This document shows positions 1-8,379 of a DNA stretch of 32,069 nt, in pieces. The notes beneath the pieces are model-generated. The model saw only the letters and a program-made list of their open reading frames with translations, was not told the origin of the DNA and did not search any database. Made by a program: the position numbers and the translations under genes. The stretch is from positions 1-32,069 of IMG/VR virus record IMGVR_UViG_3300045988_166554, one strand, 5' to 3'. The DNA comes from a virus. Numbering within the stretch: the stretch's first letter is position 1; every line of letters begins with the position of its first letter.

Positions 1-55
1 AGGAAAAGTTATGGGAAAAAATTGGTCTATGTCTAGCGTTAAAATTCCAACTATA
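1..55. repeat. 55-bp exact terminal duplication (identical to 32015..32069)
   Basis: Direct comparison of the window ends: aggaaaagttatgggaaaaaattggtctatgtctagcgttaaaattccaactata occurs at both ends. This is a circular-closure overlap or a terminal redundancy. Confidence 0.9.
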
Positions 56-319
56 CCAAAACTTGATACAGGTACCAATTTTGTGCCTAATGATCAATTA
101 GCATATATTCATAAGGGTGAGGCAGTAGTGCCTAAAAAATTTAATAGTGATATTTATTTTAATAGAGGAAATGATGAAACAAATGATTTGTTAAGAGAAC
201 TTATAGAAACTATAGAAAATAAAGATACAGATATATATTTGGATGCGAGCAAAATAGGAGAATCAACAAGAAAATATTTAGTTAATCAAAAACGAATTAT
301 GGGAAGGAGTGTTGTTTAA
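2..319 (+). CDS. tape measure protein, C-terminal part (continuation of the ORF that starts at 30414 and wraps through the window end)
   Basis: The frame is continuous with 30414.. across the 55-bp overlap. The C-terminal motif LAYIHKGEAVVPK is typical of tape-measure protein C-termini. Confidence 0.8.
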   Translation, partial: GKVMGKNWSMSSVKIPTIPKLDTGTNFVPNDQLAYIHKGEAVVPKKFNSDIYFNRGNDETNDLLRELIETIENKDTDIYLDASKIGESTRKYLVNQKRIMGRSVV

Positions 320-702
320 TGGAAATCTGGAGCACAAAAACAAGCATGGATGGAGAATATATAAAGAGAAGAACCCCTAGTTCTTATAGTGGCGATTGTG
401 AAGATTTAGATGCAAATAGCTATCGTTCTAAGGCAACTGGAAATTTAATTGATACAGTTATATCAACGAGGTGGAGCAAATTAAAATTTAGTTATAAGTG
501 TTTAAGTGAAACAGAATTTTATGAAATTGCAGAAATTATTAAACAGAACCCGATTTATGCAAAATGTTTACATCCTATATATCAAAGTGGCTATATAGAA
601 GCGCAGTTTAGATGTTCAAAATTTAGTTGGGAAATACTTGAGACAGGAGATTATACTCTGTCTTTTAATTTGGTACAAAAGAAAAAGGTAAGTGATCAAT
701 AA
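319..702 (+). CDS. putative distal tail protein (Dit-like, short) or minor tail protein
   Basis: Lies immediately after the tape-measure gene. RBS GGAAGGAG. 127 aa, which is short for a Dit protein. The assignment is by synteny only. Confidence 0.4.
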   Translation: MEIWSTKTSMDGEYIKRRTPSSYSGDCEDLDANSYRSKATGNLIDTVISTRWSKLKFSYKCLSETEFYEIAEIIKQNPIYAKCLHPIYQSGYIEAQFRCSKFSWEILETGDYTLSFNLVQKKKVSDQ

Positions 703-2498
703 TGATAGAAATATATTTTGATGATGTACTAATAGATAGTGATTATTACGCTGGTATAACTAATAGTTTTAAATTGTTCGACGAGGAGTTTATGCTAGGA
801 ACAACGGCATCAAATACATTTAATATTGAAGTCCCTTATGGTGCTGTTTCTAGTATTCCGACCAATGTAAAAATAAAATGCAATAATAAAGATTATGCAA
901 ATTTAATTGTGGACAATTATGAATTGAAAGACAATAATATATTACAACTGAAACTAACCGATAAAATGACTCTTCTAAACGTTTCTTATGATGCTAGTTC
1001 TATTGTTCCATGTACTATAAAAGAAATTTTGCAAGATATATGTTCTAAAGTTGGAGTCGACTTGGGAACCAAAACAATGATTAATGGTAATGTTGTTGTT
1101 GATTACTACGATAACACATTAAATGCTAGAGATTATATAAGTTATATTGCGGAATTAAATGGAGGATATGCTGTAATAGGACAGGATGGGAAATTGTATT
1201 TAAAAAGATTTAATACAACTCCAGTAAATATAGATATGGATGAATGTGAAGATTTTAAAGTTGGACAACATCATGTCATTGAACGAGTTGTGTTTGACAA
1301 TGGATTATTAAAATATGAAACATCTAATGATGAAACTTTAGAAACATTATATTTAAACTCTGACAATGTATATATAACTAGTAAAGAAATATTTAATAAT
1401 ATAGCTAGCAAAATTCTTGATTTTGAATTTTATTGTTTTGAAACCGGAAATTGCAAGATCAATTCAAATGTTTTGGCTGGAGATTTAATCAAATTTACCG
1501 ATGGAGTAAACAATTACCAAACAATAGCTCAATATAGTCTTGATTATAATGGCGATTGGATAGGAGGATATAGTTTACAAACAAATTCAAAACATCAAGA
1601 TGAAACAAAACAAACTGGACTTGAAAAAAAGATAAAAAAATTAAGTGTTGAACTTGATAGAAATACAGCAGAATTAAAAATAACGGCAGAAAATACAAAT
1701 ACAATAAGCAATAAATTAAACAATGATGTATATACAAAGTCTCAGGTTGAAGAACTGTTATTAAATGCAGAATCAGGTCTTACTAATATATTTACAAATT
1801 CAGGTGGAAATAATCTTTTACGAAATACTGCACCTTGGTATATGAAAAGCGAAAATACTGGGGAATATTGGACAGGAAACTTGAAACAAATGGTTGAGCC
1901 TGAAGCTAAAAGTGGTTTTGCTATTCTTACACAACAAGGTACTTTAAGTCAAACTATACAAATACCAACAAAGACAGTTAATGGAGTTGTCGAAGGATTG
2001 ATATGTTCTATTTCGTTTAAATATAAAAGATTGGTTGATGGCGCAGAAGGTACTATCAAATATAATGGTAGAACAATTACTCTCGGAGCCAGTGGAGAAA
2101 TACATACTTCAGGCGAAGTGAAACAAGTATTTACACTAGAAATTATAGCAAACTCAAATAATGGTTTTGAAATATATGATTTAATGATGAAATATGGCGA
2201 AGAAGGGGCAAACGGCATGCTACTTTGGACACAAAATGCTAATGAATCGTATAGTGAAACAGTACAAATTGGCGAAGGAATAACAGCTATTTCTAGCACT
2301 ACGGACACTAAAGCAACCATGAACAGTGATGGCTTTAGAGTAAGAAATAAAACAACGGGAGAGTCTGTTATGGAAGGAACTTCCACAGGTGGAAAACTTA
2401 GAGATTTAACTGTTACAAATAATTCAAGAATAAGCGGATTAATAATTAGAAAATCAAAAACAACAGGTATCACATCAATTAATGGGGAGGAATCATAA
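702..2498 (+). CDS. tail-associated (Tal-like) tail tip or baseplate protein
   Basis: 598 aa. Second gene after the tape-measure gene, start overlapping the upstream stop (TAATG). The N-terminal region resembles prophage-tail/Tal N-domains (..ARDYISYIAELNGGYAVIGQDGKLYL..). The centre is coiled-coil. Confidence 0.55.
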   Translation: MIEIYFDDVLIDSDYYAGITNSFKLFDEEFMLGTTASNTFNIEVPYGAVSSIPTNVKIKCNNKDYANLIVDNYELKDNNILQLKLTDKMTLLNVSYDASSIVPCTIKEILQDICSKVGVDLGTKTMINGNVVVDYYDNTLNARDYISYIAELNGGYAVIGQDGKLYLKRFNTTPVNIDMDECEDFKVGQHHVIERVVFDNGLLKYETSNDETLETLYLNSDNVYITSKEIFNNIASKILDFEFYCFETGNCKINSNVLAGDLIKFTDGVNNYQTIAQYSLDYNGDWIGGYSLQTNSKHQDETKQTGLEKKIKKLSVELDRNTAELKITAENTNTISNKLNNDVYTKSQVEELLLNAESGLTNIFTNSGGNNLLRNTAPWYMKSENTGEYWTGNLKQMVEPEAKSGFAILTQQGTLSQTIQIPTKTVNGVVEGLICSISFKYKRLVDGAEGTIKYNGRTITLGASGEIHTSGEVKQVFTLEIIANSNNGFEIYDLMMKYGEEGANGMLLWTQNANESYSETVQIGEGITAISSTTDTKATMNSDGFRVRNKTTGESVMEGTSTGGKLRDLTVTNNSRISGLIIRKSKTTGITSINGEES

Positions 2499-2499
2499 T

Positions 2500-4326
2500 A
2501 TGGCACAAAACACGATTAATGTAAAAGCAAAAGGCTATTCAACAGCAAATGCATATCAATTTAGAATTACTGCAAATGATACAGGTAATATATCAGGTTC
2601 AAAAAGAGAGGTTGAGTGTTATTTAGATTCATATGCTACTAATCCAGGTGGATTTTATGATTATTCGCTACCAAGAGCCTATATTTTAATAGATGGAGTA
2701 CAGTATCAAAGTGCTGTCGTTAGCAAAATATGGCCGAGAGGGCAATGGGTACGTTTGGTTACTTGGAAAGGATATATCGAAAGCAATAAAACAATTACGG
2801 TTACGGGGCGTTTCAATTCAAATTTAGAGAGCGTTAATTATATGCCAGTTAAGGGTAATAATGATGTAAGTGTAAATTTAGAATTAAATGGTGTAGCATC
2901 AAAATTAAATAATACATTTTCAGCTCTTACATTCGATGTGGAACAATCAATCACATTAGATATTACCAAATATGTTGAAAGTTACACACAAAATATAAGG
3001 TGGGTTATATATAACGAAACAACACAAATAGAAACGTTGTTTGCGACATTTAATAATGTTGAAAATGGAAGTGTAATTCAATTATCACAAGAACAATTAA
3101 ATGCTTTATACCAAAATACCACCACAATTAAAATGCCTGCATTAGGAATGTATTTAGATACTTATGATGGAGAAACATTAATAGGTAGTGACAGAGTACC
3201 TATGGTAATAAGAATTTTGAATGCAGATCCAATATTTACTGATTTTGATTATGCAGATAGTAATTCGATAACCAATTCACTAACAAATAGTGCGCAAGAT
3301 ATAATTTTAGGATATTCCGCTTTAAAAGTAACAATTCCTACATCAAAAAAAGCGGTTGGACAAAAATATGCCACTATGCAAAGCTATATAATTGATACCG
3401 TGCCAATCAATTATAGTGAAAATGAAATAAATTTAGAAATTCCTAATTATAATTCAAATAAAATAATTGTTTCAGCCATAGATTCAAGACAAAAACAAAC
3501 CAATGTTGAAAAACAATTAAACATTATAAATTACAACCCTGTTGAAGTTAATACAACAGAAGTTGAAATTGAAAGAACAAATGGAAGTGAAGAAGAAACT
3601 AAAATTAGTTTTAGCGGTACATTTTGGAACGGTAATTTTGGCAAGACTACCAATTCTTTAACAATTTCATATAAATATCGTTTAGCTGGTTCAACAGGGG
3701 ACTACTCGACAGGAACGACAACAATTACTCCAACGATTAATGAAAGTTCATTTAGTGTAGTAGATAAAGCTATTTTAGGAGATACAGACAGCGGATTTGA
3801 TATTTCACAATCATATGAAATTGTATTTGAAATAAAAGATAAATTAGAAGATTTATCAAAATGTGAAATTACATGTATTCTTTCTGCTGGAAGAAATGCC
3901 ATTGATATAAAAGGAAATAAGGTTTTAAAAATAAACAATGTTCCTTTTGAAGAACTTATACCAAAGGTGGCAGATTATGTCTTTGAAAGCGGTAGCAATA
4001 GCAATGGAAATTATATAAAATATACTAATGGAACAATGATTTGTACGAGAAAAATTAATTTAAATTCCGTAAACATTCAAAACGCATGGGGAAGTCTTTT
4101 TCAATATATGAATACAACATTTTATAATTACGCACAAGAATTTATAGAGCCACCAACATTACAATTGACGGCAAAAGCAACAAGTGATGCTGGATTTTGG
4201 TTGGGTGATTATGGTAATAACTCAATGCAAACCAAAAGTGGATTTTCAGGAATATGTTTATTAAGACCGACAAAAAATATTGTAAATGCAGTTATTTTTA
4301 TAACTGCAATTGGAAAATGGAAATAG
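2500..4326 (+). CDS. tail fibre / receptor-binding protein
   Basis: 608 aa from the ATG at 2500, which has a GGGGAGG RBS. The ORF-track start at 2482 lacks an RBS. N/T/S-rich beta-type sequence. Sits downstream of the Tal-like gene. Confidence 0.5.
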   Translation: MAQNTINVKAKGYSTANAYQFRITANDTGNISGSKREVECYLDSYATNPGGFYDYSLPRAYILIDGVQYQSAVVSKIWPRGQWVRLVTWKGYIESNKTITVTGRFNSNLESVNYMPVKGNNDVSVNLELNGVASKLNNTFSALTFDVEQSITLDITKYVESYTQNIRWVIYNETTQIETLFATFNNVENGSVIQLSQEQLNALYQNTTTIKMPALGMYLDTYDGETLIGSDRVPMVIRILNADPIFTDFDYADSNSITNSLTNSAQDIILGYSALKVTIPTSKKAVGQKYATMQSYIIDTVPINYSENEINLEIPNYNSNKIIVSAIDSRQKQTNVEKQLNIINYNPVEVNTTEVEIERTNGSEEETKISFSGTFWNGNFGKTTNSLTISYKYRLAGSTGDYSTGTTTITPTINESSFSVVDKAILGDTDSGFDISQSYEIVFEIKDKLEDLSKCEITCILSAGRNAIDIKGNKVLKINNVPFEELIPKVADYVFESGSNSNGNYIKYTNGTMICTRKINLNSVNIQNAWGSLFQYMNTTFYNYAQEFIEPPTLQLTAKATSDAGFWLGDYGNNSMQTKSGFSGICLLRPTKNIVNAVIFITAIGKWK

Positions 4327-4339
4327 AAAGGGAAAAGAA

Positions 4340-4630
4340 ATGGAAAAAATAATATTATCGTTAGGAGAATTAATAACAGCTATTTCAATAATAATAGTTG
4401 CTGTAAATAAAATATTCAAAACTAAACTAGACCCTATTAATAGGTCAATTGAAAAATTAGATGAAAATCAGTGTAAAAATTTTTTAGTTACATTTTTAAA
4501 AGCACTAGAAAAAGGTGAAAAAATGGATGAAGCAGAAGTAAAACGTGCTTACGAAGTTTACGACCACTATATAAATGATTTACATAAAAACAGTTATATT
4601 CATAATAAATGGGAAAAATTAATGAAGTAG
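4340..4630 (+). CDS. small membrane-anchored protein (one N-terminal TM helix)
   Basis: Hydrophobic segment ILSLGELITAISIIIVAVNKIF. The likely start is the ATG at 4340, not 4310, which has no RBS. Confidence 0.4.
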   Translation: MEKIILSLGELITAISIIIVAVNKIFKTKLDPINRSIEKLDENQCKNFLVTFLKALEKGEKMDEAEVKRAYEVYDHYINDLHKNSYIHNKWEKLMK

Positions 4631-4642
4631 GAGGAAAAAATT

Positions 4643-4996
4643 ATGTTTAAAATAGAAAACAAAACTATAAAAATTAATAGAGGAGATATTGGGACAATAA
4701 CACTTACAATACCAGATCATATATTTCAAAAAGGCGATGTGATAACTTTAGGCGTTTATACAAAAAAAGGACTTCAAAAGGAATCTAAATTGCTTAAAAA
4801 TGTTGTAGTAGAAGAAGCAACGACATCAGTTGATATTTCACTAACAAAGGAAGATACAACAATTGATGAAATACAAAATAAGCCTATTACTTATTGGTAT
4901 GAAATACAATTAAATCACGAACAAACAGTTGTAGGATATGATGATGAAAGTACAGCAGACTTCATTCTTTATCCTGAAGGAAGTGATATCAAATGA
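4643..4996 (+). CDS. hypothetical protein (tail fibre region)
   Basis: Strong RBS GGAGGAAAAAATT-ATG. 117 aa. Confidence 0.5.
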   Translation: MFKIENKTIKINRGDIGTITLTIPDHIFQKGDVITLGVYTKKGLQKESKLLKNVVVEEATTSVDISLTKEDTTIDEIQNKPITYWYEIQLNHEQTVVGYDDESTADFILYPEGSDIK

Positions 4997-5766
4997 TAGA
5001 AGCAAAAAAAACATTAGTAGGTCAAATATCTTCTAATCAAAATTTACGTGGAGAACTTTTACCAAGAGGTCCTAAAGGAGATAAGGGCGAAAAGGGCGAT
5101 AAAGGAGATAAAGGAGATACTGGAGCAAAAGGTGCAGATGGTAAAGATGGTGCAATACAATATGAAGCAGGAGAAAACATCACAATAGAAGGTAATGTAA
5201 TTAGTGCAACAGGTGGTGGAGGAGGAGAAAATATTGCTTACACAATAGATGTTCAAGGAACAGAGAGTAATCCTACAATTATAGACAGAACTAAATTAAA
5301 AATAGGCGATTACATTTTAGTAAATGTAGAGAATACAAGATTTAAATTCACTGATACTACAAGTGGTACAGCGTTCTTATATAATGGTTTATACCAAATT
5401 TCAAATATGCCAAATAATCCTTCTACTGATAACCCCTGCATATTACAACTATTACCCAATTATTTTAGTAATTTGGGTGGTGTTTATTTTAGCACTTTAT
5501 TAATATACAATTATGTATCTATATCAACAAAGGAATATAACTTAAATACCAATGGGCAAAAATATGTTGACACGAGTTCTTTTCAATATATTTATGGATG
5601 GAAAAAGTTTGGAAGTACGATTGATGTTCCAACACCATCATCTGATAATAATGCAACCAACAAAAAATATGTAGATGCTTTGCCAACTACATATTCAGGG
5701 TATGACGCTACCAAAACTCAAGTATTAAAAAATATAAACGGAACCTTAACATGGGTTGATGAATAA
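4993..5766 (+). CDS. collagen-like (Gly-X-Y repeat) tail fibre protein
   Basis: Nine consecutive G-X-Y triplets: GPKGDKGEKGDKGDKGDTGAKGADGKDG. The Gly-rich linker GGGGGE follows. Confidence 0.6.
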   Translation: MIEAKKTLVGQISSNQNLRGELLPRGPKGDKGEKGDKGDKGDTGAKGADGKDGAIQYEAGENITIEGNVISATGGGGGENIAYTIDVQGTESNPTIIDRTKLKIGDYILVNVENTRFKFTDTTSGTAFLYNGLYQISNMPNNPSTDNPCILQLLPNYFSNLGGVYFSTLLIYNYVSISTKEYNLNTNGQKYVDTSSFQYIYGWKKFGSTIDVPTPSSDNNATNKKYVDALPTTYSGYDATKTQVLKNINGTLTWVDE

Positions 5767-5782
5767 GAAAGGAAATAAAATT

Positions 5783-6058
5783 ATGGGATTAATAAAAAAT
5801 GATGGATACAATTTAAAAGGAGTAAATATAACTCCTGCATATGCTAAAATAACTAAACTATTTGTAGATGATACAATAGCAAGAGCATATTTTGGCATTA
5901 GTAATTCTAGGAAAAACCTAGAAGCAAATACTCCTATTGATGAGATATATTATGAATGTGAAATCAATAGAGAAAATGATGAAGTTTTTAAAGATGTTTA
6001 TACAAAAGCAAAACAAGATATTTTCACAGGATGGCAAGATGACATTGTAAGGGAGTGA
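5783..6058 (+). CDS. hypothetical protein
   Basis: The ATG at 5783 has an AAGAAAGGAAAT RBS. The ORF-track start at 5756 has none. Confidence 0.45.
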   Translation: MGLIKNDGYNLKGVNITPAYAKITKLFVDDTIARAYFGISNSRKNLEANTPIDEIYYECEINRENDEVFKDVYTKAKQDIFTGWQDDIVRE

Positions 6059-6062
6059 TTTT

Positions 6063-6413
6063 ATGTTAGATTTTAATTTAATAAAAAACATATTAATAGT
6101 AGCAATAGGTAGTTCAATAATTACTACTGCAGTTGTACAAAAAATAAAAGAAAGTCTAAATAGCAAAAAGTATTTATGGTTAATTTCTTTAGGAGTATCA
6201 ATGGCAATAGGCACTCTTTTTGCCATATGTTTTAGTGATTTATCAATAGTTAATTCTTTATGGGTAGGTCTAATAAGTTGGATAGGAGCAGATGCAATTT
6301 ATAAATCATTTGAAGATAAAATATTTAAACCTTTTTCAAAAATGCAAGAAGTAGTCGAAATTCCTAAAGACCAAATAAAAACATTGGAGGAATTGGAAAA
6401 TGAAGTATTGTAA
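6063..6413 (+). CDS. holin
   Basis: 116 aa with 2-3 TM helices (LIVAIGSSIITTAVV; LWLISLGVSMAIGTLFAICF; LWVGLISWIGADAIY) and a charged C-terminus. Lies immediately upstream of, and overlapping, the endolysin gene. Confidence 0.7.
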   Translation: MLDFNLIKNILIVAIGSSIITTAVVQKIKESLNSKKYLWLISLGVSMAIGTLFAICFSDLSIVNSLWVGLISWIGADAIYKSFEDKIFKPFSKMQEVVEIPKDQIKTLEELENEVL

Positions 6414-7359
6414 AATGCCTCTTAAATTTAATGGAATTACTGAAGCATATATGAGTACTGAAAGTCCTTACTATTCAAAATCTAACCCTCATAAAGGAGT
6501 GGATTTAGGATGGAATGAATATCAAGGAGAACCTGTATATGCTATTAATGATGGAGTTGTTATGTTCGTTGACAAAACGACAGGAAGTAATAATGCAGGA
6601 AATTATATATGGATTAAACATGAGTTTACTGACTATGCTTTATGGAGTAGATATTGTCATTTAAAGGATAATTCTACACTTGTAAAAGTAGGACAAAAAG
6701 TTACTAGAGGTCAACAAATTGCTTCTATGGGTGGAACATACGGATATGCTACACATTTACATTATGAAATGTGGAAAACACCAAAAAATTGGAAATTTAA
6801 CTGGAATGACAGAATGAAGTATTTGGTAAACCCACTTAATTTTACTTTTGCTTTTGAAGACCAATCAATTGGAACTGGTGAATTAAGCAAAGTAATTACA
6901 AGAGTTTTGGGTACTTCAAAACAAGCAAAAAGAGATACTTCTAAAAACCAAATTGAAGTTGTAGGAGAGTATTTAAGAATTCGCAAAGGTGCTGGAACTA
7001 ATCAAACTATACTTGGTTATATTGACTATGGTATTTATGATTATACTGAAACAAAAAATGCGAATAATTATACTTGGTACAATTTAGGTTTTGGTTGGAT
7101 TGCAGGAACGAAAGAAGATACTAAGATTTACCCAAAAGAAGAACAAACAGATGATAAAGACAAAAAAATAGCAGAATTAGAAGAACAAGTTAAAAAACTT
7201 GACACCGAATTATTGGCACAAAAAACGTTCGTAGAGAAACAAAAGGAAGAAATAGAACAATTAAACGAAAAACTATCAAATTACGCAAATTTAAAAGAAC
7301 ATAAAGTAGATAAGACAGAATATATAACATTAATAAACGGAGACAGAATATATTTTTAG
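6400..7359 (+). CDS. endolysin: M23 (LytM-type) metallopeptidase, SH3b-like cell-wall-binding region and C-terminal coiled coil
   Basis: M23 motifs HKGVDLG .. and .. YATHLHYEMW are present. An SH3-like segment (YLRIRKGAGTNQTILGYIDYG..YTWYNLGFGWIAG) follows. The C-terminus has heptad repeats (ELEEQVKKLDTELLAQK). Confidence 0.8.
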   Translation: MKYCKMPLKFNGITEAYMSTESPYYSKSNPHKGVDLGWNEYQGEPVYAINDGVVMFVDKTTGSNNAGNYIWIKHEFTDYALWSRYCHLKDNSTLVKVGQKVTRGQQIASMGGTYGYATHLHYEMWKTPKNWKFNWNDRMKYLVNPLNFTFAFEDQSIGTGELSKVITRVLGTSKQAKRDTSKNQIEVVGEYLRIRKGAGTNQTILGYIDYGIYDYTETKNANNYTWYNLGFGWIAGTKEDTKIYPKEEQTDDKDKKIAELEEQVKKLDTELLAQKTFVEKQKEEIEQLNEKLSNYANLKEHKVDKTEYITLINGDRIYF

Positions 7360-7371
7360 TCTCCATTTTTT
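7339..7371 (+). terminator. rho-independent terminator overlapping the endolysin stop
   Basis: GGAGAC-14 nt-GTCTCC stem followed by ATTTTTTG. Confidence 0.55.
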
Positions 7372-7490
7372 GTTGCATAAAAGCTTGACTTTTTAATAAA
7401 ATTATAATATTATATGTCTCAGCAAGAAGGAATAATGCCAAATCAGTTATCAAAATGTCAAGTAAAATTGCTTATAAAATGTGAAATTGC

Positions 7491-7519
7491 TTGACAATGA
7501 TATATTTGAATGATAATAT
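7491..7519 (+). promoter_or_regulatory. sigma-70-like promoter TTGACA-17-TAATAT. A 9-bp direct repeat AAATTGCTT lies at 7465-7473 and at 7484-7492, overlapping the -35 element.
   Basis: Read directly from the sequence. Spacing counted as 17 nt. Confidence 0.45.
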
Positions 7520-7525
7520 TAATGT

Positions 7526-7680
7526 ATAAAGTATATTTGTTTTTGCTGATGTATATTTTTGTTGAGGTTGAATATACTAAAAAAGAGATATCCTAATTTT
7601 GTGTGTTAGGTGTTCTCCGATTATAGGGATGCACCCATACTACTAGTTGTAGTTAGGTGCTTTTTTGTTAGTCTTTTTTT
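7526..7680 (+). ncRNA. candidate ~155-nt small transcript delimited by a promoter and a terminator; antisense to the 3' end of the small ORF 7621..7761
   Basis: Promoter at 7491-7519. Terminator GCACC..(ACTAC-tagtt-GTAGT)..GGTGC followed by TTTTTT G TTAGTC TTTTTTT at 7631-7680. No convincing ORF inside. Confidence 0.35.
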
Positions 7681-7761
7681 GAAAGTTTTTCTACAATAAG
7701 TAGTAAAATTATTATGGCAAGTAAATACTCCATATATGTTTCCTTTATTTATTTCTTTCAT
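7621..7761 (-). CDS. small basic protein (46 aa), moron position
   Basis: RBS AAAGGAGGTGG six nt upstream of the ATG. Hand translation: MKEINKGNIYGVFTCHNNFTTYCRKTFKKRLTKKHLTTTSSMGASL. An upstream ACCTCC can pair with the RBS (GGAGGT). Confidence 0.4.
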   Translation of the reverse strand: MKEINKGNIYGVFTCHNNFTTYCRKTFKKRLTKKHLTTTSSMGASL

Positions 7762-7880
7762 CGGACCACCTCCTTTGTATTTTTTTCTACACGGAGGTCA
7801 CACCTAACTATTAGAATATCTCAATTACATGATAAACCAAAAAAATAAAAATAGCAACATATATTTTAATTTGTACTGTT

Positions 7881-8156
7881 CTATTTATAATTTTTTTTAA
7901 ATATGGATAAAAAATCTAATTCAGGGTAATGCTCTTCAAAAGCAGTTTGCCCGACTTCTTTTAACCAGTTATCAAAATTTTTATTAAAATGAACTCCTAT
8001 ATTACTCATATTATGAAGTTCAGGCTTTAACCAAACAAATAAACCATATTTTTCACTATTTTGTCTATTTCTTCCTTCAAAAATGTGATGTTTATGCCAA
8101 TATGGAACTGGTATATTTGAATAAATTTCGTTATCTGGCATTATGCTTTTTTTCAT
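7881..8156 (-). CDS. small protein with a degenerate HNH-like motif (zinc-ligand cysteines absent)
   Basis: The segment ..YWHKHHIFEGRNRQNSEKYGLFVWLKPELHNMSNIGVH.. aligns by eye to the HNH pattern HHI..R..GG....NL..LC..CH...H, with Cys replaced by K and L. The RBS is weak. Confidence 0.4.
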   Translation of the reverse strand: MKKSIMPDNEIYSNIPVPYWHKHHIFEGRNRQNSEKYGLFVWLKPELHNMSNIGVHFNKNFDNWLKEVGQTAFEEHYPELDFLSIFKKNYK

Positions 8157-8171
8157 AATTTATAATTAGCA

Positions 8172-8196
8172 AAAATTACTCTAAAATTACTCTCAC
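8172..8196. repeat. tandem AAAATTACTCT / AAAATTACTCTCAC repeats, overlapping a 9-bp-stem inverted repeat ATTACTCTC-acat-GGGAGTAAT
   Basis: Read directly. The second copy set is at 8346..8369. Candidate integrase arm sites or attP-associated sites. Confidence 0.5.
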
Positions 8197-8315
8197 ATGG
8201 GAGTAATAATTGATAAATAAATGTAATGTGTGGAAAAATAACCCTTAAACTATAAGACATTAATACAATATATTGTATTAAAAAAATCTCGTACGGGTCA
8301 CCAATTAATTAAATT

Positions 8316-8345
8316 AAATCCTTATTTTATAAGGATTTTTTATTT
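8316..8345. terminator. bidirectional-type hairpin terminator downstream of the integrase gene
   Basis: AAATCCTTA-tttta-TAAGGATTT, a 9-bp stem, followed by TTTTATTTT on the + strand. Preceded by an A/T-rich run, so it is plausible on the - strand too. Confidence 0.45.
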
Positions 8346-8369
8346 TGTTACTCTCAAAATTACTCTCAC
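8346..8369. repeat. second copy of the TTACTCTC / AAAATTACTCTCAC tandem repeat, immediately 3' of the integrase stop
   Basis: GTTACTCTCAAAATTACTCTCAC. Shares the 14-mer AAAATTACTCTCAC with 8183..8196. Confidence 0.5.
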
Positions 8370-8379
8370 TTTGTGTTTA

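Noticed and set aside
702-5766. Diversity-generating retroelement targeting the tail fibre genes.
   Set aside because: No reverse transcriptase gene and no template/variable repeat pair found anywhere in the window.
7540-7620. GAGATATCTC palindrome as a terminator for the minus-strand moron genes.
   Set aside because: A self-complementary 10-mer cannot form a hairpin with a loop. Likely just a restriction-site-like palindrome.
8280-8345. tRNA 3'-end fragment within the attP candidate (segment GGGTCACCA).
   Set aside because: No T-arm consensus or acceptor-stem pairing could be built. The resemblance is limited to a CCA-containing 9-mer.
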